A DNA stretch of 25,388 nucleotides from Phycisphaerales bacterium (GCA_050117705.1 JASFMF010000001.1:1-25388), one strand, 5' to 3'. Counted from the first letter of the stretch, positions 1-9,626 are shown. A program made the numbers and translations. Notes: a model not told the origin generated them from the letters alone.

Positions 1-722
1 CCACCGGCTACATCGGAGATCAGTACGTTAGCCGTCAGGTTAGCCGATGCGTCCCTGGCTGCCAAAGTACTTACGGTCGAAGTTTCCGAAGCGTCGTACC
101 CGTCGGCCTGATCGGCATTGAGATTAGGAACAACAGTAGTACTGGTCACTGTTAACGGAGCAGTGCCGATCGCTACATCTGATACCAGAACATTAGCCGT
201 CAGATCGCCACTGGCATCCCTTGCGGCAACCGTCGAGGCTGTGGAAGCCGTGGCGGTATTCAAGTCGTCCAACAGGTCGGCATTTAGATTAGCCACTTTA
301 GTAATCGACGCCACCGTCAAAGGCGCCGTACCCGTAGCCACCGTCGATTCAAACGCGTTAGCCTGTATATCTCCGTTCGAATCCCTTAAGGCGATCGTAT
401 CCGCCGTAGCGGTAGCGTCTTGAACATAGCCGTTTAAAGTGGAAGCGTCGCCCACGCCTACCGCCGGAGATACGCCGATATCATATAATGCCGGGCTTGA
501 TTGCGTTTCGATCCTGATTCCCTGAACCCCCGAAAACGTCCCCAGCAAAACCTCTTCATTTATGATGACGTCATGAACGTACCAGCCGACCGGGCTGACC
601 CCGGCGTTGGTCTGATACCATATAGTGACATTATCGCCGCCGTTGGTCGATATGGCAATCTTTTGCCCGATCGGAACGGATAGATCCTTGGTAGCATATG
701 GCGCCACGGTTTTTATGCTCAT
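1..722 (-). CDS. Virion fibre protein, truncated by the window edge: N-terminal anchor domain plus 55-aa tandem repeats
   Basis: Missing from the ORF track because it has no stop in the window. Translated by hand from ATG at 722 (SD AGAGGA upstream): MSIKTVAPYATKDLSVPIGQKI..., open to base 1. Repeats such as TAPLTVASITKVANLNADLLD and TAPLTVTSTTVVPNLNADQADG are typical of phage fibres. Confidence 0.8.
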   Translation of the reverse strand, partial: MSIKTVAPYATKDLSVPIGQKIAISTNGGDNVTIWYQTNAGVSPVGWYVHDVIINEEVLLGTFSGVQGIRIETQSSPALYDIGVSPAVGVGDASTLNGYVQDATATADTIALRDSNGDIQANAFESTVATGTAPLTVASITKVANLNADLLDDLNTATASTASTVAARDASGDLTANVLVSDVAIGTAPLTVTSTTVVPNLNADQADGYDASETSTVSTLAARDASANLTANVLISDVAG

Positions 723-737
723 GGTTTTTTCCTCTTA

Positions 738-2072
738 TTACGGTAACGTAAATTCATCATCGACCACATAATGATATTGATAGTAGTCTCCATCGACCAA
801 CGCCGGTGTCAATGATATTAGAGCGATACCGGTATCGCTGGTAAAATTATATGCGGATACGGCTTCCGCTCCTGTTCCGACATGATTAACCTGGTCATCT
901 AAATCGGCGCCGTTTGGAGCATACAGGGTTACGGTAGGCGTATTGGTACGTTTTCGGGTTCTAAATCTAAAACCGGTTATATCATTTCCGGTATTGTCGG
1001 CCGTATAGATAAGGCATCCCTGTGTGGTGGCGGTACCGGCAGCTACTCTTAAAATGTATGACGCCTCATAATAACGCTCACAAAACGTCGTTTCTTCCTG
1101 TAAAGATCTTCTATCTGAAGCATCTATGATTCCGCCCCTGTTTAATCTTACATCGGCGATATCCACACTGCCGTTATTGGATCCGGTTCCGGTCTTGTTA
1201 TATCCCAAACCGTTTGTTTGAGTATCGTAATCACTACCGGCCGACAGCCAGAAATTAACGACGATGCCGGTGTCGTTAAACGACGGTTCTATCGCAAAAC
1301 TCGTTGATGATATTTCCGGGAAAGTAAAAGGCACGCTATAGCGAGTGAATGTAGAAGTGAGCGTGTGTGTGGTGGCCCCGATACCGGTAGCAAGCGCATT
1401 GTAACTTGAAAACGAGCTGACCGAATCCAACGACGTCGCAATTTTGGAAAGGGCCGAGCTGCCGGTTGATCTGGCTAAAAAAGACAGAGTCATCACTTCG
1501 CCGGAAAAGTCGCCGATATTCTCTACTACGGTTACATATTTAGCATAGTCCGCGGCAACCGGAGAACCGGCATGGGCCCGGGTCAATCTGATAAAGTTTA
1601 CGAGATTGCCGTCTAAACTGAACAGGTCAAAATCATAATCGACTATGGTTTGGCTCAATGTGTAATTATTGACATCCGTTTGCCATCTATCCGGGCTGTT
1701 TGCGCCGCGTTGTAAAACTTCAAACCGGCCATTTAAAATCTGATTGCGCCGTAACGCCAAGCTGTTGTCGGTATAGTTTTTGTTGCCGCTTTGAGCATAA
1801 TATACCTGTTGCTGATTTTTATCTTGAACCAAAATCGAAAAGCTTTCGGCCACAAAAATAGGAGACGGGCTTCCATTGCGATTGGGGGCTCCGGCCAATG
1901 TTCGGATCGGCTGCGATACCGGATAAAGCAAACCGTCGTCCCAATAGACCGTTTGAGGATCGATAATCGGGTTGGCGCCCTCTTCCCCGATATAGACATA
2001 TCCGTTTTCAAGCGGCATACCGTTTGAATCGGTAAAGATCGGATATTGTGCGGTTACGGTAAAATAGGTCAT
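738..2072 (-). CDS. Tailspike/tail fibre with P22 gp9-type head-binding domain
   Basis: The N-terminus (YPIFTD..NGYVYIG...P..VYWD...QPIRT) resembles the P22 tailspike head-binding domain. The C-terminal part has the NQILNGRFEVLQRG...DRW...CERYYE pattern of phage carbohydrate-binding fibre domains. It lies after the ejection genes. Confidence 0.8.
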   Translation of the reverse strand: MTYFTVTAQYPIFTDSNGMPLENGYVYIGEEGANPIIDPQTVYWDDGLLYPVSQPIRTLAGAPNRNGSPSPIFVAESFSILVQDKNQQQVYYAQSGNKNYTDNSLALRRNQILNGRFEVLQRGANSPDRWQTDVNNYTLSQTIVDYDFDLFSLDGNLVNFIRLTRAHAGSPVAADYAKYVTVVENIGDFSGEVMTLSFLARSTGSSALSKIATSLDSVSSFSSYNALATGIGATTHTLTSTFTRYSVPFTFPEISSTSFAIEPSFNDTGIVVNFWLSAGSDYDTQTNGLGYNKTGTGSNNGSVDIADVRLNRGGIIDASDRRSLQEETTFCERYYEASYILRVAAGTATTQGCLIYTADNTGNDITGFRFRTRKRTNTPTVTLYAPNGADLDDQVNHVGTGAEAVSAYNFTSDTGIALISLTPALVDGDYYQYHYVVDDEFTLP

Positions 2073-4000
2073 TGGGTTGGTTCCTTGTTTTGCTTATCGT
2101 ATTGATCCTGCATCGTCGTCCATAAACGCTTAACCAGCTTGGCTTCTTCCGGGCTGCCTCTTTTTAGCGACGGGAGTTTTAACAATATGTTTCTAACCGG
2201 TCTGCTGTTGTAAATTTTCGATGCGCCGTTTAAAGACAGCGGCAGCCCTACCGCTCCTACCACTCCTCCGACCGTACCTCCGACAACCGAGCCTCCCCCG
2301 GCTCCTACTCCGCCTAAAACCGTGGTCATTAAAAGCGGTACGTTTAACTGTCCCGTAGGAGGACCGGCGATTACTTTACCGGCGCCCTCGGTATATTTTA
2401 AAGCGCGGTAAATGCCCTCGACCGCTCTTTTGTCTTCTTTTTGGAAAAATACGCCGGTCTGTTTCTGAAGTCTTTTTATCTGATTTTTAAACCTGTCCGG
2501 GCTTAACTCCTCGATGCCGCCGGATTTAGCTACCGCCTCTTGGATAATCGACATCCGGGCGTTACGTTTACCGGCCGGATTTAAATTTTTATATAAAATA
2601 CGAATCTCGCTGGGCTTGGTACTGAAGAGTAATTTTCTGACATTTTCCGGTGTTTGTTCGCCGGTTTTTAAAACCGATCTCAAAGCGTTAAACCGCATGT
2701 CTTCATTCATTAGCGCGATTTTACGGTTTCCGGCCTTCCACTTGTTATAGTCTTTCGGCTCTCCTGATTTACTGATGAATTCGCCCATGTCGTCGTTTAA
2801 TTTTTTATAGAGCCGACCCGCGACCTTTTCACCCGAATCCTTGATATGAGCCAGAGAAGGGTCTTTAGCCAGACGATCTCCCAATCGCTTGCGGGCCTCT
2901 TCGATGTTGACCAGGCCTTGATTTTGGATATCGGTTTTAAAGTTATCCAATTGATTGATCAGCGCATCGTTTTCACCGGACGGACTGGCCGCTTTCAGCG
3001 CCGCGATCTCTTCATCGATTTTTTTGACGGTATTTTTAACCGGAACAACGCCCTTGTCATTTAATTTTTCAATGACGCCTCTTTTTAATTTATAATATCG
3101 GCCTAGTTTGAATTCCCATTTATTTTTAAGCTCCTTGTAAACATCGTCGATAAACGGCTGGACCTCTTCGGCTCCGTATTGCCTCGCAAAATCCTTGACC
3201 GCGCCGACCCGCTGTTCCTGCTGGGCCAGACGTTGCGGTTTTTCTACCCTTTGAAGCGTTTCCGTCAAGCGTGTCTTCGGCGGCCTGACATCGGTCGTCA
3301 TGACTTTGATACCGCGTTTTTCCGCTTCTATGACTGATTCCGGTAATTGAGCTTTTCTATATTGACCGATTTTCCCTGCCGCCCCGGCTCCGGCCACACC
3401 ACCGGCTAAACTTGCCGCGATCTGTCCGACTTCACCGGCTCCGGCCTTTTCCGCCGCCTGCTGACCCGCCGCTGCTCCGGCGGCCCCGGTCAATTGCTGC
3501 GCCGGTTGCGAAGCTAACGATTTTGCCGCCTGTCCGGTCAATCCTCCGACACCGCTCGCAATTTTACCCGCGACGCCCACACCGGTTCCGGCTCCCGCAA
3601 TCGATTTGGTGATTTCGCCGACGATTTTTTCAGCTTCGTTTTTAGGTTCCGGTACTCCCAAATCAGATAATTTTCTGGAGACCAATTCGTTTAACGGCTC
3701 ATATTGCATTCCCAGCACGTTTGCCGCCACTTGTCCCGCCGGATCGGACAATGCGCCGATAGCACCGGCCGCGCCTTCCGCCCCCCATCTGGCGGTCAGC
3801 CCTAATTGATGCGCTAATTCCTTACCGTAATCCGATATTTTTTGCCGGAAAGTTTCTTCAGCGTCAGGCTGTTGGTTTTCGGGCTTTACCGGCTCGATAT
3901 CGGATCCGTCATCGGCGGTGGGAGTACCCGGATCGAATTCAAACCCGGCGGGTAACGTTTCCTTTGGATCAAGCTCAAATCCTGGTGGCGGTGTAGGCAT
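2069..4000 (-). CDS. DNA ejection/internal virion protein (P22 gp16 position)
   Basis: 643 aa. PPPGFELD/LPAGFEFD N-terminal repeats, Gly/Ala-rich hydrophobic segments, third gene of the ejection trio. Confidence 0.65.
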   Translation of the reverse strand: MPTPPPGFELDPKETLPAGFEFDPGTPTADDGSDIEPVKPENQQPDAEETFRQKISDYGKELAHQLGLTARWGAEGAAGAIGALSDPAGQVAANVLGMQYEPLNELVSRKLSDLGVPEPKNEAEKIVGEITKSIAGAGTGVGVAGKIASGVGGLTGQAAKSLASQPAQQLTGAAGAAAGQQAAEKAGAGEVGQIAASLAGGVAGAGAAGKIGQYRKAQLPESVIEAEKRGIKVMTTDVRPPKTRLTETLQRVEKPQRLAQQEQRVGAVKDFARQYGAEEVQPFIDDVYKELKNKWEFKLGRYYKLKRGVIEKLNDKGVVPVKNTVKKIDEEIAALKAASPSGENDALINQLDNFKTDIQNQGLVNIEEARKRLGDRLAKDPSLAHIKDSGEKVAGRLYKKLNDDMGEFISKSGEPKDYNKWKAGNRKIALMNEDMRFNALRSVLKTGEQTPENVRKLLFSTKPSEIRILYKNLNPAGKRNARMSIIQEAVAKSGGIEELSPDRFKNQIKRLQKQTGVFFQKEDKRAVEGIYRALKYTEGAGKVIAGPPTGQLNVPLLMTTVLGGVGAGGGSVVGGTVGGVVGAVGLPLSLNGASKIYNSRPVRNILLKLPSLKRGSPEEAKLVKRLWTTMQDQYDKQNKEPTQ

Positions 4001-4011
4001 TTTAAAATTTC

Positions 4012-5373
4012 CTATTGCACCGGCTGGTTGGTTTTAAAATCAAACCATTGCCCGTTTTTAAAAACGATCTTCTGTCCCGTTTCGGGGTTCGTCGCCGTTA
4101 TTTGTTGCTGTTGCTGTTGCTGTTGCTGAGCCGGAGCTGTTTTTTTACTTTCCACTACATCCATCCAGTCTTGCACCGTATTTATAGTGCCGTCTTCACC
4201 ACGGCTCCCGATAAATCTTGCCGCCTCGCTTAAATAACCGGAAAGTTTTTCCTGCGCGGTTTTTCTGTCTTTCATCCACTGTAATAATTCAGAACCTTTT
4301 AAACTGGTCGGCATGGCTGTCTGAGTCGCCATATCAAGTTCCGCTTTAGATAGCGCCCCGAAGGTAACGGAGGAAACGACATTGAGCCCTAGCCTGTTTG
4401 ATACGTTTTTAAGCTGATTTGCGGTTGCCCCCCATCTAGGTAAATATCTTCTTATCGGCCCGACTCCTAAGTCTTTACCCTCTTTCATTCCCTTTTCAAT
4501 GATGTTTATTCCCTCATCAAGCGTTCTGATATTATTTTGAATTTTTTCATATTGATCAGCAAATTCTTTCGATTTGGTTATGGCGACTTCGGCCCCTTTT
4601 TCAGCCGCTTTGACCTCTTCCGCTATCTTAGCCTTAGTTCCTTTTTGAGCGGAAAGCTTACCGGATTCACGGCTGTAATTTGTGTCCTCGGCAATTTTAA
4701 CGCCGTATTCCTTACTTTTAAGCCACGCTTTTTTCGCCTCTTCGCCTTCTAAAACATTACCCGTGATATCCTTTACCGTCACCTCGCCCTTATCATTCAT
4801 GGCCCAGATAGTACCGTCCGGGCCTTTTTCGGTTGCCGGTTGGTACCTTCCTTTTAATCCCGCCTCGGTTTTTTGTTCTTGAAGAAGATATTTTTGAAAA
4901 GCTTCCGGTCCCAATGCTTTAAACAGAAATAGTTCGGATGACGTTTCGGCCCCTTTCGGATCCAGCTCGATATTTTGTTTTAGCGTTTCCATGCTTTTTG
5001 CTTCGATATCATTGCCGCTGTTGCGGTAGGCCGTAATCAATTCGTCCAGATTGGATTTCGCCAAGTCGGTGTTGCCCGATTTCAACGGAGCGTAAACATT
5101 CATTAGCTGGTTGATTTTATTTTGCTGTTGCTGCTCGTTAAACATCGACAACGACTGCTCCACCTGCTTGGACATCTCGGGAAATTGCGTCATAACCTGT
5201 TGGTAATCTTCAACGGTTTTATTTTTTTTTTCGGCAAGATCCGCCATGGCCTTTTGCATAGCCGCTTGACGCTCCTGGGCCTGTCTTCGCACCACCATTT
5301 CCTGACCCGTCTGAAAACCGGAGAGCATTTCCGTTCCCATATTCGGTATATTGATATTGTAAGGCTGGACCAT
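4012..5373 (-). CDS. DNA ejection protein (P22 gp20 position)
   Basis: 453 aa, helical and Q/E/K-rich. C-terminal TATNPETGQKIVFKNGQW motif is common in podovirus internal proteins. Synteny fits. Confidence 0.6.
   Translation of the reverse strand: MVQPYNINIPNMGTEMLSGFQTGQEMVVRRQAQERQAAMQKAMADLAEKKNKTVEDYQQVMTQFPEMSKQVEQSLSMFNEQQQQNKINQLMNVYAPLKSGNTDLAKSNLDELITAYRNSGNDIEAKSMETLKQNIELDPKGAETSSELFLFKALGPEAFQKYLLQEQKTEAGLKGRYQPATEKGPDGTIWAMNDKGEVTVKDITGNVLEGEEAKKAWLKSKEYGVKIAEDTNYSRESGKLSAQKGTKAKIAEEVKAAEKGAEVAITKSKEFADQYEKIQNNIRTLDEGINIIEKGMKEGKDLGVGPIRRYLPRWGATANQLKNVSNRLGLNVVSSVTFGALSKAELDMATQTAMPTSLKGSELLQWMKDRKTAQEKLSGYLSEAARFIGSRGEDGTINTVQDWMDVVESKKTAPAQQQQQQQQQITATNPETGQKIVFKNGQWFDFKTNQPVQ
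4102..4128 (-). repeat. (CAGCAA)4 CAA microsatellite encoding poly-Q9
   Basis: Plus strand ttgttgctgttgctgttgctgttgctg; translates as QQQQQQQQQ in the 453-aa ORF. Confidence 0.9.
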
Positions 5374-5384
5374 TTATTCACTTC

Positions 5385-6380
5385 CTATGGTTTGCTATTA
5401 GGCTTGGGCTTCTGCCTGTTTTGATAATATGCGCCTATACCGGTCCCGATACCTTTTCCGATAGCACCGATGGTTTGCCCCTGGGCTTCCGCTTCCGTCA
5501 ATAATCTCTGGGCATTTATATCCCCCATGCGCGCATAATAATCCGCCGCGTTGGATGTCGGCGCGCTACCGACACTCACCTGGGTGGGTGTCTGGCTGAT
5601 AGCGCTTTGTCCCATTCCGCTAAGACCACCTAAGCGGGCATACTGTTTGTCGATCTCCTGTTGAAGCATCTGGGGCCGATACCGCGCTAAAACGCCCTGG
5701 ACGTTACCGCCCCGCAATCCACCGGTAGCGGATGCGTTTTGTAAAATGGCCTCTTCGCCCTGCCTGGTAAGTTCTTGTAAAATAGGACTATTGGCGATCC
5801 TGTCGATCGCCGTCGCCTGGGCCTGTTCTCCGGTCATACCGGCATACGGGCTGGTTGGCGCTGGTGTTACAGGTAACGGTCCGGCTTGCGTTCCCCCTAA
5901 ACCGGAACGATGGGGATGCTGAGTGGTGAATCCCTGGACGATAGGCTGAGGCGTTACGGTCCCACTGATATTTTTCATTATCCCCAACTTACCCGGCTCT
6001 TGCGGAGCCGATGGAGCGGGAAGCAATTTTTTTTGATCGATGATCGAAGACGCGGGAGCATTGAAACCTTGCGGCACAATAGCCGGTGTGGGAATCGCGA
6101 CGCCCGACAAGGCCATCATTTCAAAAAGCGCTCCTTGACCGGACTGAATATAGGGCGCCAGATTTTGTCTGATCTGCTCGTTTTGCTGCTCTAATAATTG
6201 CTGTTTACGCTGATATTCACCGAATTGAAGATCGAATTGGCGCTGTTCTTCCGCCAACGCATTTTTTGCGCCGCTTTTCTGGGCATTGGCGGCCCCTTCG
6301 GCTGCTTTGCTTTTCTGATTGGCGGCGACTAACCCTCCGACCGTAACGACGGCGGCCCCTGCGACGGCTCCCCAAGACAT
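5385..6380 (-). CDS. DNA ejection protein, P22 gp7-like
   Basis: QGEEAILQNASATGGLRGGN resembles the gp7-family A..ATGGL.S motif. Hydrophobic Gly/Ala N- and C-termini. First of the trio. Confidence 0.7.
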   Translation of the reverse strand: MSWGAVAGAAVVTVGGLVAANQKSKAAEGAANAQKSGAKNALAEEQRQFDLQFGEYQRKQQLLEQQNEQIRQNLAPYIQSGQGALFEMMALSGVAIPTPAIVPQGFNAPASSIIDQKKLLPAPSAPQEPGKLGIMKNISGTVTPQPIVQGFTTQHPHRSGLGGTQAGPLPVTPAPTSPYAGMTGEQAQATAIDRIANSPILQELTRQGEEAILQNASATGGLRGGNVQGVLARYRPQMLQQEIDKQYARLGGLSGMGQSAISQTPTQVSVGSAPTSNAADYYARMGDINAQRLLTEAEAQGQTIGAIGKGIGTGIGAYYQNRQKPKPNSKP

Positions 6381-7129
6381 GGTGTTAACTCCCTATAATC
6401 TATTGTGATTTCAGTACCTTTGCTGTCACCGGTACACCCGTCGATATCATCTTTTGCAACTACGATGACTTCATCTTGATTGATGATGCTTAACTTCGCG
6501 TTCGGATCGACGGAATGATTCATATACCGGGCCAATTCCGTTACTTTTCCACGCGTAATAAACGGCCCGATATATTCATCGGAACCCCAGGGACAGGTCG
6601 AGAATATTCCTTTCCCATGGATGTCCGATTTTCGAATGGTGATAACGGATTTATACGGCTGCGGTAAATCAACATAGGATTTCCAATCGGGCTGAACATA
6701 ATTCAGCGATTCAAAATCGATGCGGTCTTGTAGATGATCACCGTCGCTGTTTGATAATGTGGTAAAATAATTTGATTGATCGATAAATATCTTCTCAAGT
6801 TCATCTTGATCGGTGATATCATCGGGATTAGGGTGGATGTTCTGAACGATAATATCACTAGCGGCGAAGACGACTTTATGGCCCGGCTCGGCGATAAACG
6901 TGGTCGGACCGGTAATCATTTCAGGTTTTTTGTTTTTAGCGATAAATATCGCGACCCCTTTTGACAGCACGCAAAAATGCCGAGTTTTATGGTAATGGCC
7001 TATGGCGACGGTGCCTTGCGGTATGTGCATTTCACGCAAATAAACGCCCGGCGCGAAATGGTGGTAAATCGGACAATGAATTTTTGGTAAACTGTTTATC
7101 TTTTCGATTAATTCAATTTCATCTACCAT
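6329..7129 (-). CDS. Cupin-like domain fused to a minimal SET-domain methyltransferase
   Basis: N-terminal HHFAPGVYLREMHIP.G.V.IGHYHKTRH is cupin-like. C-terminal SET motifs are SDIHGKGIF, RYMNHSVDPN and GTEITIDY. Confidence 0.8.
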   Translation of the reverse strand: MVDEIELIEKINSLPKIHCPIYHHFAPGVYLREMHIPQGTVAIGHYHKTRHFCVLSKGVAIFIAKNKKPEMITGPTTFIAEPGHKVVFAASDIIVQNIHPNPDDITDQDELEKIFIDQSNYFTTLSNSDGDHLQDRIDFESLNYVQPDWKSYVDLPQPYKSVITIRKSDIHGKGIFSTCPWGSDEYIGPFITRGKVTELARYMNHSVDPNAKLSIINQDEVIVVAKDDIDGCTGDSKGTEITIDYRELTPCLGEPSQGPPSLRSEG

Positions 7130-7599
7130 AACAGTTGATTTTCCCCCATATTCCCGATCATAGGCTGATTATACATATACGGATTATTGTCAGTCGGCTG
7201 TATGCTCATAGGAGTATTGTTCAAGCCGTTCATTTGCTGATAGGGCGGCTGTGACTGCTGCTGTAGAGAAGTTATCGGCTGATTCAAGGACGGCGGCGGC
7301 TGTTGATAGGACGGAATCGGCGGCTGCTGCGGTTGATAAGCCGGAACCGGCGGCTGTTGATAGGGCTGAGACATCGGAGGCTGCTGCTGATAGGGCTGCG
7401 AATACATCGGCTGTTGCGGCGCCGGAGGCCGTAAACCTTGCAAGTTTTGGGCGGGGTTCAGCCTGTCCAATTCCGCTTGAGCAGCCGGTGTAGTCGAACG
7501 CTCCAGTAATCGCCTTCGCATCTCGTCTAATTGATTCCCTCCTTGTAGTATCTGTTGGGTTCTAGATAGATGCAAATTTATAGGTGATAGTAAAGCCAT
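7123..7599 (-). CDS. Q/P/Y-rich low-complexity protein of unknown function
   Basis: 158-aa ORF packed between neighbouring genes, GGAG upstream, degenerate YQQPP repeats. Confidence 0.65.
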   Translation of the reverse strand: MALLSPINLHLSRTQQILQGGNQLDEMRRRLLERSTTPAAQAELDRLNPAQNLQGLRPPAPQQPMYSQPYQQQPPMSQPYQQPPVPAYQPQQPPIPSYQQPPPSLNQPITSLQQQSQPPYQQMNGLNNTPMSIQPTDNNPYMYNQPMIGNMGENQLLW

Positions 7600-7600
7600 C

Positions 7601-7936
7601 TTATGTGATCTCCCTTCCGCTAGCGCTTAAAACAAGGCTGGCGGCGGCGCTGGCGTAGGTGACGATAAACCCGCCGTTTAAAAGCACCTGACCGACGATT
7701 TCAGGGCAGGTATAGGTGGTATACCTTGCGATTGCTTTAGGATAGAGCACCAGATTCGTATTATCGTTGCTTCCACCGCTTGGAACCAGATAGACGCCGA
7801 AAATAATATTGTTGGCGGTAATGTTGGTTATGGTGAACTTATCGATCACGGTCGTACAGTTATTAGCGGTATACTGAGTCTCAAAGTTTATGGCCGGGTT
7901 TTTGCGCGGGATAATATTTGTGATGGTTACGGCCAT
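7601..7936 (-). CDS. Small beta-rich virion protein (needle-tip/knob-associated)
   Basis: VIDKFTITN...YTCPEIVGQ...ASGRE pattern, which I recognise from the tail region of P22-like environmental podoviruses. Confidence 0.6.
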   Translation of the reverse strand: MAVTITNIIPRKNPAINFETQYTANNCTTVIDKFTITNITANNIIFGVYLVPSGGSNDNTNLVLYPKAIARYTTYTCPEIVGQVLLNGGFIVTYASAAASLVLSASGREIT

Positions 7937-9297
7937 TATAAAAGCTCCTTAAACGTTAAGCTTCCCTGGATATCCGCATTACTTGACAGCGGCGTAACCG
8001 CCAGAATCAATTCGTCCCTGGTTCCGTCGATTTGGCTTCCGATTCTAGGCAGTGATTTTATGGGAAGATCAATCACGCTATCGCTTTTGGCATAGCCTGA
8101 ATTAGTTTTTAATCCCTGGGCGGTGATATCGTTGGCCGTTGCGCCGGCGGCATACTGACAACCGGAGTTTGTTATATCGCCGTAAGACAATGATCCGTTA
8201 TAAGTGGGATTTAAATGGATCGACCACCTGAAATCGTCGTTGGTCTCGCTGATCATGCTGATAAATGACGGTATAATAGTAAGATCCAAATGGGTGGTTT
8301 TAAGCCGTAAGGCCAATAACACATAAGGCGTGTCGGTGGTGTCGGCGTCTAAATGAGTATTTTCAGTATCAATGGTGTGGGTGACGCCGGTCTCCTCCAC
8401 CCCGCCCTCGCTCATCGATGTGGAGCAGATATGATCAAAATATCCGCCTCCGGTTCCATCGCTTTGAATATCGTATCGTATAGGCTGATTGGGGGTGGAC
8501 ATGTAAACTGAAGTAAAGCTTGAATCGTTACTGTGGTTGAAATGGTGAACATAGATCAGTTTTTTATCGACGACGAAACCGACCCTGACCGTGCCGGTTC
8601 CCAGATATTCAAAATCGATTACGCCTAGTTGTACCGCGCCGAGATCCAGATTTATACCCGAGCTTCCGGTCCCATCCATGACGTCTTTATTCCAGCTCGA
8701 TTGATTTACGGTTTCGGTCGTACTTCCGTTTTTACAGATATTCCAGGAGACATTACTCTCGTCGATCTGTAAAAATATACCGTTGTTCGGTGTCAGATAA
8801 TTGACGCCGGTACCGTCAAAAAAACCGGCCCGTTTGGTAACGCCGGTATCCTGATCGCCCAGAAAGGTAAAAAATATCAGAGAACTTTTACCGGGCTGGT
8901 AATTAAAGCGCTGTTTGGTTTGTCTGATAACGTAATCGGATGCCGATGCCGTTACCGTCATGCGAACTCTGGCATGGGTCGTAGAATGAACCGAAGTTGC
9001 GCTTCCCCCCGTGTTTTCATCGAATAGAAGCGGCTGTTTATCATAGAGCTGTTTACTGTCAAAAATCGTATAAGGATTGCTGACTCGAAGCCGGTTAAAG
9101 GCGTCTAGTGCCGAAATATCGCCGATCTCTTCGAGCGAAACGACCTGGTTTCCCTTTAGCGTCGAACCGAAATCGATATAGTCTCCGTCCGGATTTTCTC
9201 CGACCGTAACGCCTTTAATTACAAAGGCGCTGTCGGTGCCGCTTAAAGCATCTTGTATCTGATAGATGATGGGATAACTTTGGACTAATTTGCTCAT
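7936..9297 (-). CDS. Beta-rich virion structural protein (lectin/ConA-like, putative receptor binding)
   Basis: DAFNRLRVSNPYTIFDS and RQTKQRFNYQPGKS motifs belong to a widespread phage structural family. It lies in the tail region. Confidence 0.55.
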   Translation of the reverse strand: MSKLVQSYPIIYQIQDALSGTDSAFVIKGVTVGENPDGDYIDFGSTLKGNQVVSLEEIGDISALDAFNRLRVSNPYTIFDSKQLYDKQPLLFDENTGGSATSVHSTTHARVRMTVTASASDYVIRQTKQRFNYQPGKSSLIFFTFLGDQDTGVTKRAGFFDGTGVNYLTPNNGIFLQIDESNVSWNICKNGSTTETVNQSSWNKDVMDGTGSSGINLDLGAVQLGVIDFEYLGTGTVRVGFVVDKKLIYVHHFNHSNDSSFTSVYMSTPNQPIRYDIQSDGTGGGYFDHICSTSMSEGGVEETGVTHTIDTENTHLDADTTDTPYVLLALRLKTTHLDLTIIPSFISMISETNDDFRWSIHLNPTYNGSLSYGDITNSGCQYAAGATANDITAQGLKTNSGYAKSDSVIDLPIKSLPRIGSQIDGTRDELILAVTPLSSNADIQGSLTFKELL

Positions 9298-9626
9298 ATC
9301 AAATCTATGATCCCGTATACCGTTATGGTTAACGCATTGGCGACACTGCTGCGATATCCGATCCGTGCGCTTGTATTGTTTACCAGCACATGATCTATTT
9401 CCAGCGTTTCTCCCGGGCGAATCAGAAAGTCATAAAAAATCGCCGTTGATTGATCGAACGTAGATCCGCTATCATCGTTAAACAATCTACAATAAGCGTT
9501 CGTGGTGGAGACATTGGCGATCTTTATAAATAACTGCGCCTGGCGCGTATCGTTTGAATTGGCATAAATACTGGCGGCGTTTGTGGAGTTCTCCCGCGCC
9601 TGAACCAATTGTTTGTATTGAATCAT
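9294..9626 (-). CDS. Small beta-rich virion protein, probable paralog of 7601-7936
   Basis: 110 aa with a similar length and strand pattern (Y...I.N...SG..D...Y..I..T...S.A..L...G). Translationally coupled to its neighbours. Confidence 0.5.
   Translation of the reverse strand: MIQYKQLVQARENSTNAASIYANSNDTRQAQLFIKIANVSTTNAYCRLFNDDSGSTFDQSTAIFYDFLIRPGETLEIDHVLVNNTSARIGYRSSVANALTITVYGIIDLI

Noticed and set aside
530-550. Possible frameshift in the left-edge fibre at the G-runs
   Set aside because: A recount (CTG GGG ACG TTT TCG GGG GTT) shows the frame is intact.
738-2072. Diversity-generating retroelement target in the tailspike C-terminus
   Set aside because: No template/variable repeat pair and no reverse transcriptase were seen in the window.
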